Source of the DNA: Candidatus Babeliales bacterium
Lineage (GTDB): Bacteria; Babelota; Babeliae; Babelales; Vermiphilaceae
Direction of reading: 5' to 3'
Assembly: GCA_963743635.1 (NCBI GenBank)
Contig: CAVUQO010000002.1
Location: 416,001-480,000, forward strand
DNA: 64,000 bases
The stretch's first letter is position 1. Every line of letters begins with the position of its first letter. The notes below the pieces were generated by a model. The model made no database searches. It was not told where the DNA came from and saw only the letters and a list, made by a program, of their open reading frames with translations. The position numbers and the translations under genes are program-made. Positions 21,027 through 30,346 of the stretch are shown piece after piece.

Positions 21027-22769
21027 ATGATGATAAGAAAGAATGTGTGTAAGAATGTTATCATGACGCTATTGCTCATGATGCAGAGTGCCTATAGTGT
21101 CAATCCACCACCAAACACGGTCGTCGGGTGTGTATCGGAAGGTGCCTATACTGATTATTGTGGGTTCAACACTCCTGCGGCTATTGCAATAACGGGTACA
21201 ACGGCATATGTAGTCAATACTGGCAATAGCATTTCCGATTTGGGTTCAGTGAGTATTGTTGATACTACGAATAATAGCGTCATTGGGTGTGTAACGAATG
21301 ATATTCCTCCTACTTCTAGTGGTGGTTTCAACTTTCCTGTGGCTATTGCAATAACGGGCACAAAGGCATATGTAGCGAATACTGGCAACAACTCTATAAG
21401 TGTTATCGATCTTACGACTAATACGGTTACGGGCTATGTCCTGCATTATAATTATCCTGATTGCGCGATCAGTACTCCTGCAGCTATTGCAATAAACGGC
21501 TCAACGGCATATGTATGTAATCGTACCGGCGGCTCTGGCCAAGGTTCGGTGAGTGTTATCCATGTTGCGAGTAATACGATCATTGACTGTGTGGATGATA
21601 CTTATTGTCCTTTCGATGCTCCTTCGGCTATTGCAATAAGGGGCACAACGGCATATGTATGTAATGCCAACACGGTGAGTGTTATCGATCTTGTGAATAA
21701 TAAGGTCACTCAGTGTGTATCGGAAGGTGCCTATGCATACTATTGTGGGTTAGATGGTGCTAATGCTATTGCAATAACGGGCGCAACGGCATATGTATGT
21801 ACTGAAGGCGCTAGCGTGAGTGTTATCGATCTTGATAGTAATACGATTATTGGATGTGTAACGAATGATAATCCTGCGTGTGGGTTCTCATTTCCTAGCG
21901 CTATTGCAATAACGCCAGATGGCACAACGGCATATGTATCTAATTATAGTGGCAACACAGTGACTATTATCGATCTTATGAATAATACCATCATTGGCTG
22001 TGTCGCCCCTACGGACTATCCTGGTTGTGGGTTCAATCAGCCTAATGCTATTGCAATAACGTCAAGTGGCACAACGGCATATGTATCTAATCGTCTCGGC
22101 AATTCAGTGAGTGTCATTGAGTATGCACCCCTCCCGCCAGCGCCGGCGCCAACAAACGGAACGGGTTGCATTGGAAACTTTACTGGCGATATTGAACTCT
22201 CTTGGCACGCTCCCGCGAGTGGACAACCATTGGGCTATGCAATTTTTGATAATTCGTTATTATCAGGTGAGCCAATTGCTACTACTGCGAGTAATGTCTT
22301 CACCGCCACCATCGCTTCCCCAACAACTAACACCTATTATGTTGTAGCGTTTTATGCAGATGGAGCACTGTCTAGTGCCCTTGTTATTACCGCAAGCAAT
22401 TATTGTCATATCCCACCGCACCCAAGCAATTTCCCTCCTGCAACGGTGAATGGCTGCAAAATGAAAAACAAATTCTTGCTGCAGACCGATTACATTAACA
22501 AGATCACTTGGACGCCACCAGCAAGTGGCCCGGCACCAGCTGCATATAGGGTTTATCAGGATAATAATGTCATAATTACTCCCTCATCGAACCCAGAGGA
22601 AATACTGAGCACAGCACTCTTGTTGGCAACAATTCCGGCCAATGCTCCATTACAATATTACCATCACGATACAAATCCAAGCGTGGTATACACTTATTTC
22701 ATCGTGCCAATTGATAGTGCGGGTGAGATCACCGGATACAATAGTATCATTGTGACGGATTGGTGTTAA
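21027..22769 (+). CDS. Secreted YVTN/YncE-type beta-propeller, tandem paralog with two FN3-like domains
   Basis: Near-identical signal peptide to 19361; AIAITG/PDG.TAYV repeats; NKFLLQTDYINKITW. Confidence 0.88.
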   Translation: MMIRKNVCKNVIMTLLLMMQSAYSVNPPPNTVVGCVSEGAYTDYCGFNTPAAIAITGTTAYVVNTGNSISDLGSVSIVDTTNNSVIGCVTNDIPPTSSGGFNFPVAIAITGTKAYVANTGNNSISVIDLTTNTVTGYVLHYNYPDCAISTPAAIAINGSTAYVCNRTGGSGQGSVSVIHVASNTIIDCVDDTYCPFDAPSAIAIRGTTAYVCNANTVSVIDLVNNKVTQCVSEGAYAYYCGLDGANAIAITGATAYVCTEGASVSVIDLDSNTIIGCVTNDNPACGFSFPSAIAITPDGTTAYVSNYSGNTVTIIDLMNNTIIGCVAPTDYPGCGFNQPNAIAITSSGTTAYVSNRLGNSVSVIEYAPLPPAPAPTNGTGCIGNFTGDIELSWHAPASGQPLGYAIFDNSLLSGEPIATTASNVFTATIASPTTNTYYVVAFYADGALSSALVITASNYCHIPPHPSNFPPATVNGCKMKNKFLLQTDYINKITWTPPASGPAPAAYRVYQDNNVIITPSSNPEEILSTALLLATIPANAPLQYYHHDTNPSVVYTYFIVPIDSAGEITGYNSIIVTDWC

Positions 22770-22973
22770 TACTATCTCCATAAAACAAACATGACAGATA
22801 AAAAACGAGCGGATGTAACAGTCCGCTCGTTCTATTACATTCGAACTGCGCACTCACGCTATTTTGCGCAGGCGTTGAGCTTTATGCATGATTTGCAATA
22901 TCCATGTACATTAAGACGCAAAAAAGCCTCGAGTTTTACGCCCGAGGCTTTCCTATATTGAATGTTGTTCTTG

Positions 22974-23504
22974 CTACTTTCTAGCGGCAGCCTTTTGGCA
23001 ATCGCCAAACACCGTAATTAACGTATGCATGATTGGCTCTTGAAGAATAATCTGATCTTGAAAGTTTCGTTTGTCCGATCGTACCATTCTTTTAACATCG
23101 CTAATAGATCCGTCTTGGTCTGCTACAGTATGCAAGCCATCAACAAACTTTTTTTCTTTAAGCCAAGGTGCGTCAACGATGAGTGGATGATTATTAAGGC
23201 AGGTATGCATATCGGAAGATAATGGCGCTCGCTCATCCGCATACGGCGAATGATACCCAATCGCATTTCTGGTCAAGCTTATTGCCAACTGATTGCCAGT
23301 GCAATAGGCACCTGTTAACATGCTATCGAGTTTTCTCTCAAGCTCCCATGGCTGATACTGCGGTATCTTACTTAATTTGTATTCCTTTTGGAGATAGGTA
23401 TAGATCTTGGATAAGATTGTTACCGAAATGATTCCCGGAAACGCGTTAAGTGCCCCAGAGAAAGGCATGGATAAAACAGCTATAGATAGATATTTCTTTA
23501 ACAT
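22974..23504 (-). CDS. Secreted hypothetical protein
   Basis: Signal peptide ending ALNA; GGAG RBS; terminator at 22921-22951. Confidence 0.7.
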   Translation of the reverse strand: MLKKYLSIAVLSMPFSGALNAFPGIISVTILSKIYTYLQKEYKLSKIPQYQPWELERKLDSMLTGAYCTGNQLAISLTRNAIGYHSPYADERAPLSSDMHTCLNNHPLIVDAPWLKEKKFVDGLHTVADQDGSISDVKRMVRSDKRNFQDQIILQEPIMHTLITVFGDCQKAAARK

Positions 23505-23714
23505 TACTACTCCAGTAGGTTAAGGTTTTATACATATTTATATCTATAATACCAGAATTGGGGCTCTTTTTGAAATGCCCCATCCTAGAGCGCGGAATGG
23601 GATGTTTATGAGCTGGGATCGTTGAAAAATAGGAACTTTTAGCCAAAATAGTTGGCTCGGTATGATTTTTCCATGTAATCTCGGAATGCCGATCCGAATT
23701 TTCATGGAGAATTG

Positions 23715-24101
23715 ATGAAAAGAACTATTTATCTAGAACAAATAAAAAGGCACCTTCGGGTGCAGCCAATCTGTGCGATTTTAGGGGCAAGGCAGGTTGG
23801 AAAGATTACCATGGCCCGCCAATTTGCCGCTGAACATCCCCAAAAGGTCGAATTCTTTGACCTAGAAAACCCAATCCATTTGGCCAGCTTGGAAACTCCG
23901 ATGCTTACCTTAAGTAAATATGCGGACTACCTCGTGATTATAGATGAGATCCAGCGAAGACCAGATCTCTTTCCTATTTTACGGGTTTTAGTCGATGATC
24001 CTGATAAAAAATATACTTTTTTGATTCTTGGCAGTGCATCGCGCGATCTTATGAGGACTTGCAGCTCGATCATCTTTATATCATTTTTCCCGGCGCACTG
24101 A
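23715..24101 (+). pseudogene. Truncated AAA+ ATPase (AAA_14/DUF4143 type)
   Basis: GARQVGKIT (altered Walker A), IIDEIQ, LGSAS then ends; full-length paralog at 55689. Confidence 0.75.
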
Positions 24102-24214
24102 GTTTTGCCATGAATGAGAAAATTACCGCGTGCGGGCTTGATGTATTGAGGGACCTTGAGGTTTGAATAAGGATCGTGTTTACTCTTTCCAATTCTTATT
24201 AATTAAGGAGCGGT

Positions 24215-24478
24215 ATGTTAGTTGCAAAAAACAAGGTTATGATTGCGGTCGGTTGCGTGTTTTTGAGTGTGAATATATACGCCATGGATATTACCCAACG
24301 CTTAAGAAATTCACTCGTTACACATTATACGTGAGATCATGCATCAATCGACGCGATTGTAGCGAAATTAAAACCGTTCATTGAGAATTATAAACATCAT
24401 GCGCTGCTGGAAAGTTTTATCGATCTCTCGGCGCAATATTCTAAAAGCAGTTTCTTGCGCTTTGAAATGAAGCGATAA
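24215..24478 (+). pseudogene. Small secreted protein with in-frame TGA at 24332
   Basis: AAGGAG RBS; MLVAKNKVMIAVGCVFLSVNIYA|MDITQ...; same frame stays open after the TGA to TAA at 24478. Confidence 0.55.
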
Positions 24479-24577
24479 TCATAAACCTTCTTACGCTTTT
24501 CATTGCCGGAAAGCGATGTTATTAGTATAGTAGCACCTGTATTTTTTCAAAACATATGTATTAGGGGAACTAATTCT

Positions 24578-25015
24578 ATGAATAAACAGTTGTTAATCGG
24601 TAGTTTGATGCTTTTGCCAGCAGGGCTTAACGCAATGTGGACGCCTTATCACAACCCAGGCACCGTCGAAAGCATGAGAGCCATTGTAGATAAACAGGTT
24701 GCAGATGCAAGATTCCACGCGGAAATGATGGCTCGCCAAATTCATGCTCAAAAGCAGATGACGTTAGAAATCGCAGCGGAACAGCAGGCTGCTCAAGCTG
24801 CCCAAACAGTTGCGCCACATGCTACAGCACAATCAATTGCGCCTACGCAATCAGCAGAGTCTATTGCAGCTGCGGAAGCCCTGTCGAAAGCAATGAACGA
24901 GCGCAGACTTGCTATACAAAGTGGGCAATACGTTTTACCAAAAGATGATCTCACTCCAGAGCAAATGGAGGCGCGAGATATAGCCCATGGATATGGTTAT
25001 TGTTATCAAAAATAG
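24578..25015 (+). CDS. Small secreted Ala/Gln-rich protein, array member 1
   Basis: Signal LLPAGLNA|MWTP. Confidence 0.8.
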   Translation: MNKQLLIGSLMLLPAGLNAMWTPYHNPGTVESMRAIVDKQVADARFHAEMMARQIHAQKQMTLEIAAEQQAAQAAQTVAPHATAQSIAPTQSAESIAAAEALSKAMNERRLAIQSGQYVLPKDDLTPEQMEARDIAHGYGYCYQK

Positions 25016-25042
25016 TGGGTAATGAAATACAAGGAAACGAAT

Positions 25043-25612
25043 ATGAAAAGATTAATGATCGCATTAGCATTGTTGCCAGCAGGGCTTAACGCAATGTGGA
25101 CGCCTTATCACAACCCAGGCACCGTCGAAAGCATGAGAGCCATTGTAGATAAACAGGTTGCAGATGCAAGATTCCACGCGGAAATGATGGCTCGCCAAAT
25201 TCATGCTCAAAAGCAGATGACGTTAGAAATCGCAGCGGAGCAGCAAGCAGCTCAACCAGCGCCAGCGCAACCGGAACCAGCGGCAGAGGCTCCTTATTCT
25301 GTTGAGCATTTAGAGGGTGGTCCTATATCGCAAGTAAGATATTACAGTGATCGCCATGAAGTCCAGATGAGGGATGGAACTATACGCACAGCTTACAATG
25401 ATATGAGCCGCCATGGTGCTCCTGTTCGTGTTGTGAAAAATCCTCCACATGATCCAGGTGCAATAAAAGCTGCTATTATTCAAGGAATCGGTCTGAATCC
25501 TGAAACAGAAACCAAATACTACGCAGATGGGACCGTTGAACACTGTTTTGATGGCACAAAAGAAATAAGATATTATGCAGACGGACGCTCTGAAACAATA
25601 TCAAGAAAATAA
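25043..25612 (+). CDS. Small secreted protein, array member 2, with YYADG beta-hairpin repeats
   Basis: Signal LLPAGLNA|M; 167 bp identical to member 1; YYSD/YYADG repeats. Confidence 0.8.
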   Translation: MKRLMIALALLPAGLNAMWTPYHNPGTVESMRAIVDKQVADARFHAEMMARQIHAQKQMTLEIAAEQQAAQPAPAQPEPAAEAPYSVEHLEGGPISQVRYYSDRHEVQMRDGTIRTAYNDMSRHGAPVRVVKNPPHDPGAIKAAIIQGIGLNPETETKYYADGTVEHCFDGTKEIRYYADGRSETISRK

Positions 25613-25635
25613 CTTCACAAGAAAGAAAAACGAAT

Positions 25636-25869
25636 ATGAAAAGATTATTGATCGCGTTGGTATTGTTGCCAGCAGCTCTTCGTGCGATGGATTATTCGGA
25701 TAAGAAGGCTTTGAATAAAGCGGTGCAGCAATGTAATCCAGGCAGCCAGAAACAAGCAGAAGAATGGAGCAGGCTTGCTATAGAAAGAGCGGCTGCACAC
25801 AAGCAACAAATGGAACAGCGCCAAAGACAAATTGAGCAAGAAAAGTATAGACACGGCATGAATCAATAA
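25636..25869 (+). CDS. Small secreted Gln-rich protein, array member 3
   Basis: MKRLLIALVLLPAALRA|MDY. Confidence 0.8.
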   Translation: MKRLLIALVLLPAALRAMDYSDKKALNKAVQQCNPGSQKQAEEWSRLAIERAAAHKQQMEQRQRQIEQEKYRHGMNQ

Positions 25870-25919
25870 TTCGCCTACGCTCTGAAGAGCTATGGCGTAA
25901 CCAAAAAGGAAAAATGAAT

Positions 25920-26075
25920 ATGAAAAAGCTATTATTGATTGCGTTGGCATTCTTGCCAGCAGGCCTTAAGGCAATGGGCACTTTATCAGCGGTAGACAAG
26001 GCTATTATAGACCAAGCCAGGAAAGCTCAAGCTCAACCCAAGCCACAACCGCAACAACAACCACCAAAAAAATAA
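25920..26075 (+). CDS. Small secreted Gln/Pro-rich peptide, array member 4 (51 aa, absent from the ORF track)
   Basis: MKKLLLIALAFLPAGLKA|MGTLSAVDKAIIDQARKAQAQPKPQPQQQPPKK*; AAGGA RBS. Confidence 0.78.
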   Translation: MKKLLLIALAFLPAGLKAMGTLSAVDKAIIDQARKAQAQPKPQPQQQPPKK

Positions 26076-26086
26076 AGGAAACGAAT

Positions 26087-26272
26087 ATGAAGAAACTATT
26101 ATTGATTGCATTGGTATTGTTACCAGCAGGCCTTAAGGCAATGAGCGGTGCCGGGATGGGGCCAGGCGTGCAAGAGCATATACAAGAGCAACTACGAAAA
26201 CAGGCAGAAGCGCAAAGACGGCAGCAAGAAGCATTAAGAAAGCAGCAAGAAGCACAAAAATCCAGGAAATAA
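26087..26272 (+). CDS. Small secreted Gln/Lys-rich peptide, array member 5
   Basis: MKKLLLIALVLLPAGLKA|MSG; AAGGAAACGAAT-ATG. Confidence 0.8.
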   Translation: MKKLLLIALVLLPAGLKAMSGAGMGPGVQEHIQEQLRKQAEAQRRQQEALRKQQEAQKSRK

Positions 26273-26294
26273 GCCATAATTTTGGATGTGAAAG

Positions 26295-26330
26295 ACCCCC
26301 AGTGAGATGTGAATATATATCTTCCTGGGG
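26295..26330. terminator. Hairpin terminator, second copy at 27125-27165
   Basis: CCCCAGTGAGAT(G/A)TGAATAT..CTGGGG in both places. Confidence 0.6.
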
Positions 26331-26339
26331 AGTTTAACT

Positions 26340-26570
26340 TTAACGCGAAATCGATCTAAGCAAGCTAATATTAAATGTCGATTTTATCTTAAAAATAAGC
26401 AAAATTCCCTTCTCCGTTCGCCCTGAGGGTTTTTTATTTCGTGAGAAATAAAAAATGTCTCGAATGGGTAACGGAGTAAGATGATATAGCATTCAATAGT
26501 ATTGGTATGTGAAGTTTATGTATCCCTGTACCCATTCGATACGCTTCGCTACTCAGGGCGAACGGAGAAT
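26340..26570. repeat. Family B composite element (terminal motif + REP doublet)
   Basis: TTAACGCGAAATCGATCTAAG end; CCGTTCGCCCTGAG..TCGAATGGGTA / TACCCATTCGA..CTCAGGGCGAACGG. Confidence 0.75.
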
Positions 26571-26660
26571 GAATACCTCTCTTGAATTATTAAATTTTAG
26601 GGTTGATGAATTTTTGAGTAAGCTCTTAAGTATCTATCATCTTTTATAGAAAGGAACGGT

Positions 26661-27101
26661 ATGCATTATAAAAATATAGCATTCATAGTGCTTTTGGTGC
26701 CTTATGCGGTGTATGGTAATAATACTGACGCTGAAACAAAAATTCAGGAACTGAGAGCATTCAGACATGAAAAGACGTTAGAACTTGCGGATCTTGGGAA
26801 GGCAATCGCTGAAATAAAGGTTTTAGTGAAGAAACTTTATAAAGATTTTTATGAGAATGCTACTCAAAAAGATAAAGATGCTGCAGGAGAATTTTCGAAT
26901 AAAGTACAAGCGGCACTGGTTGAGCAGCAAAATATCGCACAGGTGATTAACCAAGAGTTTGTTGATGGGCTTGATGATTGGAAAATATTTGTGATCAGAG
27001 TTATCGCCGAGAAATTATATGTAGAAAATTTGATTGCTCAATACGCAGAATCTTTCCAGGCCATAATCGATAGTGATAAAGCGCTATTGGAGCTTCAGTA
27101 A
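26661..27101 (+). CDS. Secreted helical hypothetical protein
   Basis: Signal peptide, AAGGA RBS. Confidence 0.7.
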   Translation: MHYKNIAFIVLLVPYAVYGNNTDAETKIQELRAFRHEKTLELADLGKAIAEIKVLVKKLYKDFYENATQKDKDAAGEFSNKVQAALVEQQNIAQVINQEFVDGLDDWKIFVIRVIAEKLYVENLIAQYAESFQAIIDSDKALLELQ

Positions 27102-27323
27102 TAAGCTTCGGCCTATATTAGAATAACCCCCAGTGAGATATGAATATGTATTTCACTGGGGGTTGTTATTTACGTTACGAATTTCAGACAGGTTCAAAGG
27201 AGGTTGGGCGGATGTCCAGCTTCCATTTTGGATAAAATGCCTTTACACTAAACATATATTTCCCATGGATTTGCCGGGGCGCGCGTCCCATTCCAGCTAT
27301 AACTTCCCAATTTTAGGATTCTT

Positions 27324-27977
27324 GTGAACAGCACAATGAAGTCTTTTGCTCTCGTGTTTGGCATTTTTCTGCCCTATAGCATGATATCTGCAGTCGTCAG
27401 TCTTGAATGTATCGAGGAAGCGCTGCGGCCGGTAGCGATTTATCGTACGCTCACCAAAGAAACTCAGTTTGATTCGTGTCAGTATACCGAAGAGTTTAAG
27501 ATCAAATTGGAATGTGTTTTTGCAGAAGAATATTATGCCTATGATGCAGAACTTGAGCAGATAATTGACGCATGTATGCGAAAAAAGGATTCAATCTATT
27601 CGCCCGAAGCGCGTGCAGTAGTGCAAGATTGCATAGCGGATCATGGCACGGGGCTGGCGATTATTCCAATCGCGGGCATGGTGCTTTCGGATGATGATGC
27701 TTTTTTTGTGGTGCCTGGTGGAGAGGGTGTTTATTATCTCAGTCTGCCCGTCGTTGAAGTTCTGTTCTTGAACGAGTTTGAAGAAAAGCTGCGCAGCGAT
27801 GAGTTGATGGCAATGGTCTTTTCAGAAGAAGACGTAATACGCTATCATTTATTAGTATCCTTGATTCATAGCGGATTGTGCATCATAGAGGAAATGGAAG
27901 CGGCGACGCCTCAGGTTTGTGCATACAGCTTTGATTCGATCGATGATATTGCTATTTCCTATCACGTTACCAAGTAA
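27324..27977 (+). CDS. Secreted acidic hypothetical protein
   Basis: Signal-like MKSFALVFGIFLPYSMISA; 217 aa ORF. Confidence 0.65.
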   Translation: MNSTMKSFALVFGIFLPYSMISAVVSLECIEEALRPVAIYRTLTKETQFDSCQYTEEFKIKLECVFAEEYYAYDAELEQIIDACMRKKDSIYSPEARAVVQDCIADHGTGLAIIPIAGMVLSDDDAFFVVPGGEGVYYLSLPVVEVLFLNEFEEKLRSDELMAMVFSEEDVIRYHLLVSLIHSGLCIIEEMEAATPQVCAYSFDSIDDIAISYHVTK

Positions 27978-28019
27978 CAATATTTAATTTTTTTGAGACA
28001 CCGTAAATCATCTTACTCC

Positions 28020-28420
28020 GCATCCTTCGCCACATTTTTCATGATCACGCTTTGCGTGATATGAAAAACACTCAGGACGCTCGGAGAGGGGGGATTTGTT
28101 GGTAGTCGAGATTATAGGTATTAACGCGAACTCGATGTAAGGAATTGATAGTAAGTGATGTTTTCTCTTATAAAAATAAATAAAAATCCCCTCCCCCGTT
28201 CCGTCTACGTTTATCCGGGCCTTCCGGCTCGGCAAACTACGCCGGACGCAGTCGTCCCGCGTGCCCTGCGTAGCCTTGGCGAAGCATGGGAGTGTTTCTA
28301 TCCTGATCCTGAGCTTTATGCGAAGGAGAAAGGGAGAAATGTGCGAGAGATTGTGGATTAATAATATTCCTTATTTTTTTAAGATGAAAGCCTAATGTGA
28401 TAGGTTTGCTTAGATCGAGT
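28020..28420. repeat. Cluster of family B elements with nested small palindromes
   Basis: CCTTCGCCACA..ACTCAGG; TTAACGCGAACTCGATGTAA (28121) and inverted CTTAGATCGAGT (28409); nested CGTAGCCTTGGCGAAG and CCTGAG..CGAAGG. Confidence 0.65.
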
Positions 28421-28481
28421 GGGTGTACTGATTTACTTTTTGGCGCCTTTGAATAATACTCAAAGGCGTTATTTGTTTTTT

Positions 28482-28647
28482 ATTCTAGGTCGCGATAAAC
28501 CACATGCTTTAGCGTGTGGATGAAAGCGAATAGAATAACCCGGCGAAGCAAAATACTTCCTGAGGTATAACTTCGAAGTATTGGCGAAGCCTGGGTATTT
28601 CATTAAGTTCAGCGCGATACAACGAGTTTTAATCCGTTGAGCGCTTT
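28482..28647 (-). mobile_element. Family A element copy 2 (inverted)
   Basis: Reverse complement aligns end to end with 6185-6349. Confidence 0.8.
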
Positions 28648-28670
28648 ATCATAGATAAGGAGGATCTCCT

Positions 28671-29447
28671 ATGATTTCAATCAATCGCACTGCGCTCACG
28701 CTCATTATGCTCGCATCATGCATCGGCTTTAACACCGTGTGTGAAATGGCAAAAGAGGCGCGGGAAAAAGGGTTTGTGTATCTGCATGAAGTGGATCCGA
28801 CCATTCAGGTTTCACTCCGTTATTATGGCAATGAAAATTTTCTGGGGCGCACGGTGAAGGGCTATAAAAAACCAGTCCTGATGATGACGCGGCAGGCAGC
28901 GCAGGCGTTACAGAAGGTGCAGCAGGACGTCAAAAAAGATGGGTATAGTTTGCTCGTGTATGATGCATACCGCCCGCAACAAGGCGTCGATAACTTCATG
29001 AGTTGGAGCATAGACGTTAATGATCAGGTGCGAAAGCATCAATACTACCCACGCGTCGATAAAGCTCGTGTATTTGAGTTGGGGTACGTAGCCGAACGCT
29101 CAGGGCACACCAGAGGCAGCACCGTTGACCTTACGCTCATCAAAGATGGCGAACCGATTCATAACATCGTAGAAAAAAAACGTACGCTCTTGGACGGATT
29201 TACCATCACATTCCTCGACGATGGTTCGGTTGACATGGGTTCATCATTTGATCTTTTTGACGTGGCATCCCATTTTGAAAATGATCTGATTCCTGCAGAA
29301 TTTAAAAAAATAAGAACGTATTTGCGTGATGTGATGGTCAAGCATGGGTTTAAGACAGTTCCGGAAGAATGGTGGCATTTCACATTAAAAGATGAGCCGT
29401 ACCCAGCGACGCGCGATAGCAGTTATTTCAACTTTCCGATTGAGTGA
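28671..29447 (+). CDS. D-alanyl-D-alanine dipeptidase (M15D, VanX/DdpX family) with signal peptide
   Basis: YDAYRP, SGHTRGSTVDLT, DMGS.FD, EWWHF. Confidence 0.92.
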   Translation: MISINRTALTLIMLASCIGFNTVCEMAKEAREKGFVYLHEVDPTIQVSLRYYGNENFLGRTVKGYKKPVLMMTRQAAQALQKVQQDVKKDGYSLLVYDAYRPQQGVDNFMSWSIDVNDQVRKHQYYPRVDKARVFELGYVAERSGHTRGSTVDLTLIKDGEPIHNIVEKKRTLLDGFTITFLDDGSVDMGSSFDLFDVASHFENDLIPAEFKKIRTYLRDVMVKHGFKTVPEEWWHFTLKDEPYPATRDSSYFNFPIE

Positions 29448-29506
29448 TGATTGATATACTGAGGAGGCGCTTACAACGAGCGCCTTGTTAAATGAGGAGT
29501 AAAAAT

Positions 29507-29950
29507 ATGAAAAAAATAGTAAGCGTAGTTCTGATAAGTGCGCTGTGCAATCAATGCATGTATGCAATGGATGGCAAGAATTCACCGCACGTAGGCATTC
29601 AAGTAGGGTGCTGTAATTGGGCGGGATTAGCCGCTGGTCTGGGTGCGATACATGAAGATCACGCGTCGCGGCCTATTATTGTCCGTCGGGAAGCAAAAGA
29701 AGAAAATGAACAGTCGCGTACACCGGAACTGATTAGGATGGCATCTTCATTAGCAGCTGGTTTGGTTGAGATACGGCAAAATCGTGTTTTGGCACCAGCG
29801 GCATTAGAAGTGCAGATCCCAAATCTTGCGAGCGTAGCAGCTACGCCAGAGCACCGATCAGAAGAGGATGAATGGGATTTTTCGATTGCCCTAGATCTGG
29901 ATGAATCGGGTTCCGATTGGGTGACGGTGGGTGGAGAAAAAAAGGAATAA
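29507..29950 (+). CDS. Secreted hypothetical protein with acidic C-terminus
   Basis: GAGGAG RBS; signal ending MYA|MDG; terminator at 29965-29996. Confidence 0.75.
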   Translation: MKKIVSVVLISALCNQCMYAMDGKNSPHVGIQVGCCNWAGLAAGLGAIHEDHASRPIIVRREAKEENEQSRTPELIRMASSLAAGLVEIRQNRVLAPAALEVQIPNLASVAATPEHRSEEDEWDFSIALDLDESGSDWVTVGGEKKE

Positions 29951-30000
29951 AGGAAGTATAATTAAAAAGGCCCTGAGTTAAATCTCGGGGCCTTTTAGTT

Positions 30001-30204
30001 TTAAGGTACGTTCTCGGAGGATTCTTGAATCTCATATTCCGGCCGTTTTTTTAAGTGGGGGGGTGCCAAGAGGATTGCGAGCTGAGATGAGATATACACC
30101 ATTCCTCCGCCCAATCCGCCCATGAACTGGCTCGCTATAAGAAGCCCAAAGAAATTAAGCACTGTGATTATAGAATATAGCACTATTTTTCCACCGGTCG
30201 TCAT
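30001..30204 (-). CDS. Small membrane protein
   Basis: GAGGAG RBS; two hydrophobic segments. Confidence 0.55.
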   Translation of the reverse strand: MTTGGKIVLYSIITVLNFFGLLIASQFMGGLGGGMVYISSQLAILLAPPHLKKRPEYEIQESSENVP

Positions 30205-30346
30205 ACTATCTCCTCATGTGCTTTTAAAATAGATGATGATGCTAGTGAGCTAATGAGTGCAGAGTCAATGATAACTTGCATGTATCATCAAAATCATACT
30301 AGAATCAGACCAATCTTTTCTTCTGTCTAAAAATAAGGAACAAACA

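Noticed and set aside
19361..22769. Diversity-generating retroelement
   Set aside because: No reverse transcriptase in the window; repeats are all in-frame blades and the differences are not adenine-specific.
24215..24478. TGA recoding (Sec/Trp/Gly)
   Set aside because: TGA terminates conserved genes here (29447, 58417) and no other gene needs read-through; a nonsense change or sequence error is simpler.
24578..26272. RiPP precursor cluster
   Set aside because: Leaders are Sec-type signal peptides, cores lack Cys/Ser/Thr patterns, and no modifying enzymes or peptidase-transporter are adjacent.
28008..28361. Short ORFs 28008-28235 and 28155-28361 (also 37057-37314 and 38000-38224)
   Set aside because: They lie within repeat elements and have no RBS or protein motifs.
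28671..29447. Vancomycin resistance cluster
   Set aside because: Only stand-alone M15 dipeptidases; no vanA/vanH/vanRS genes.
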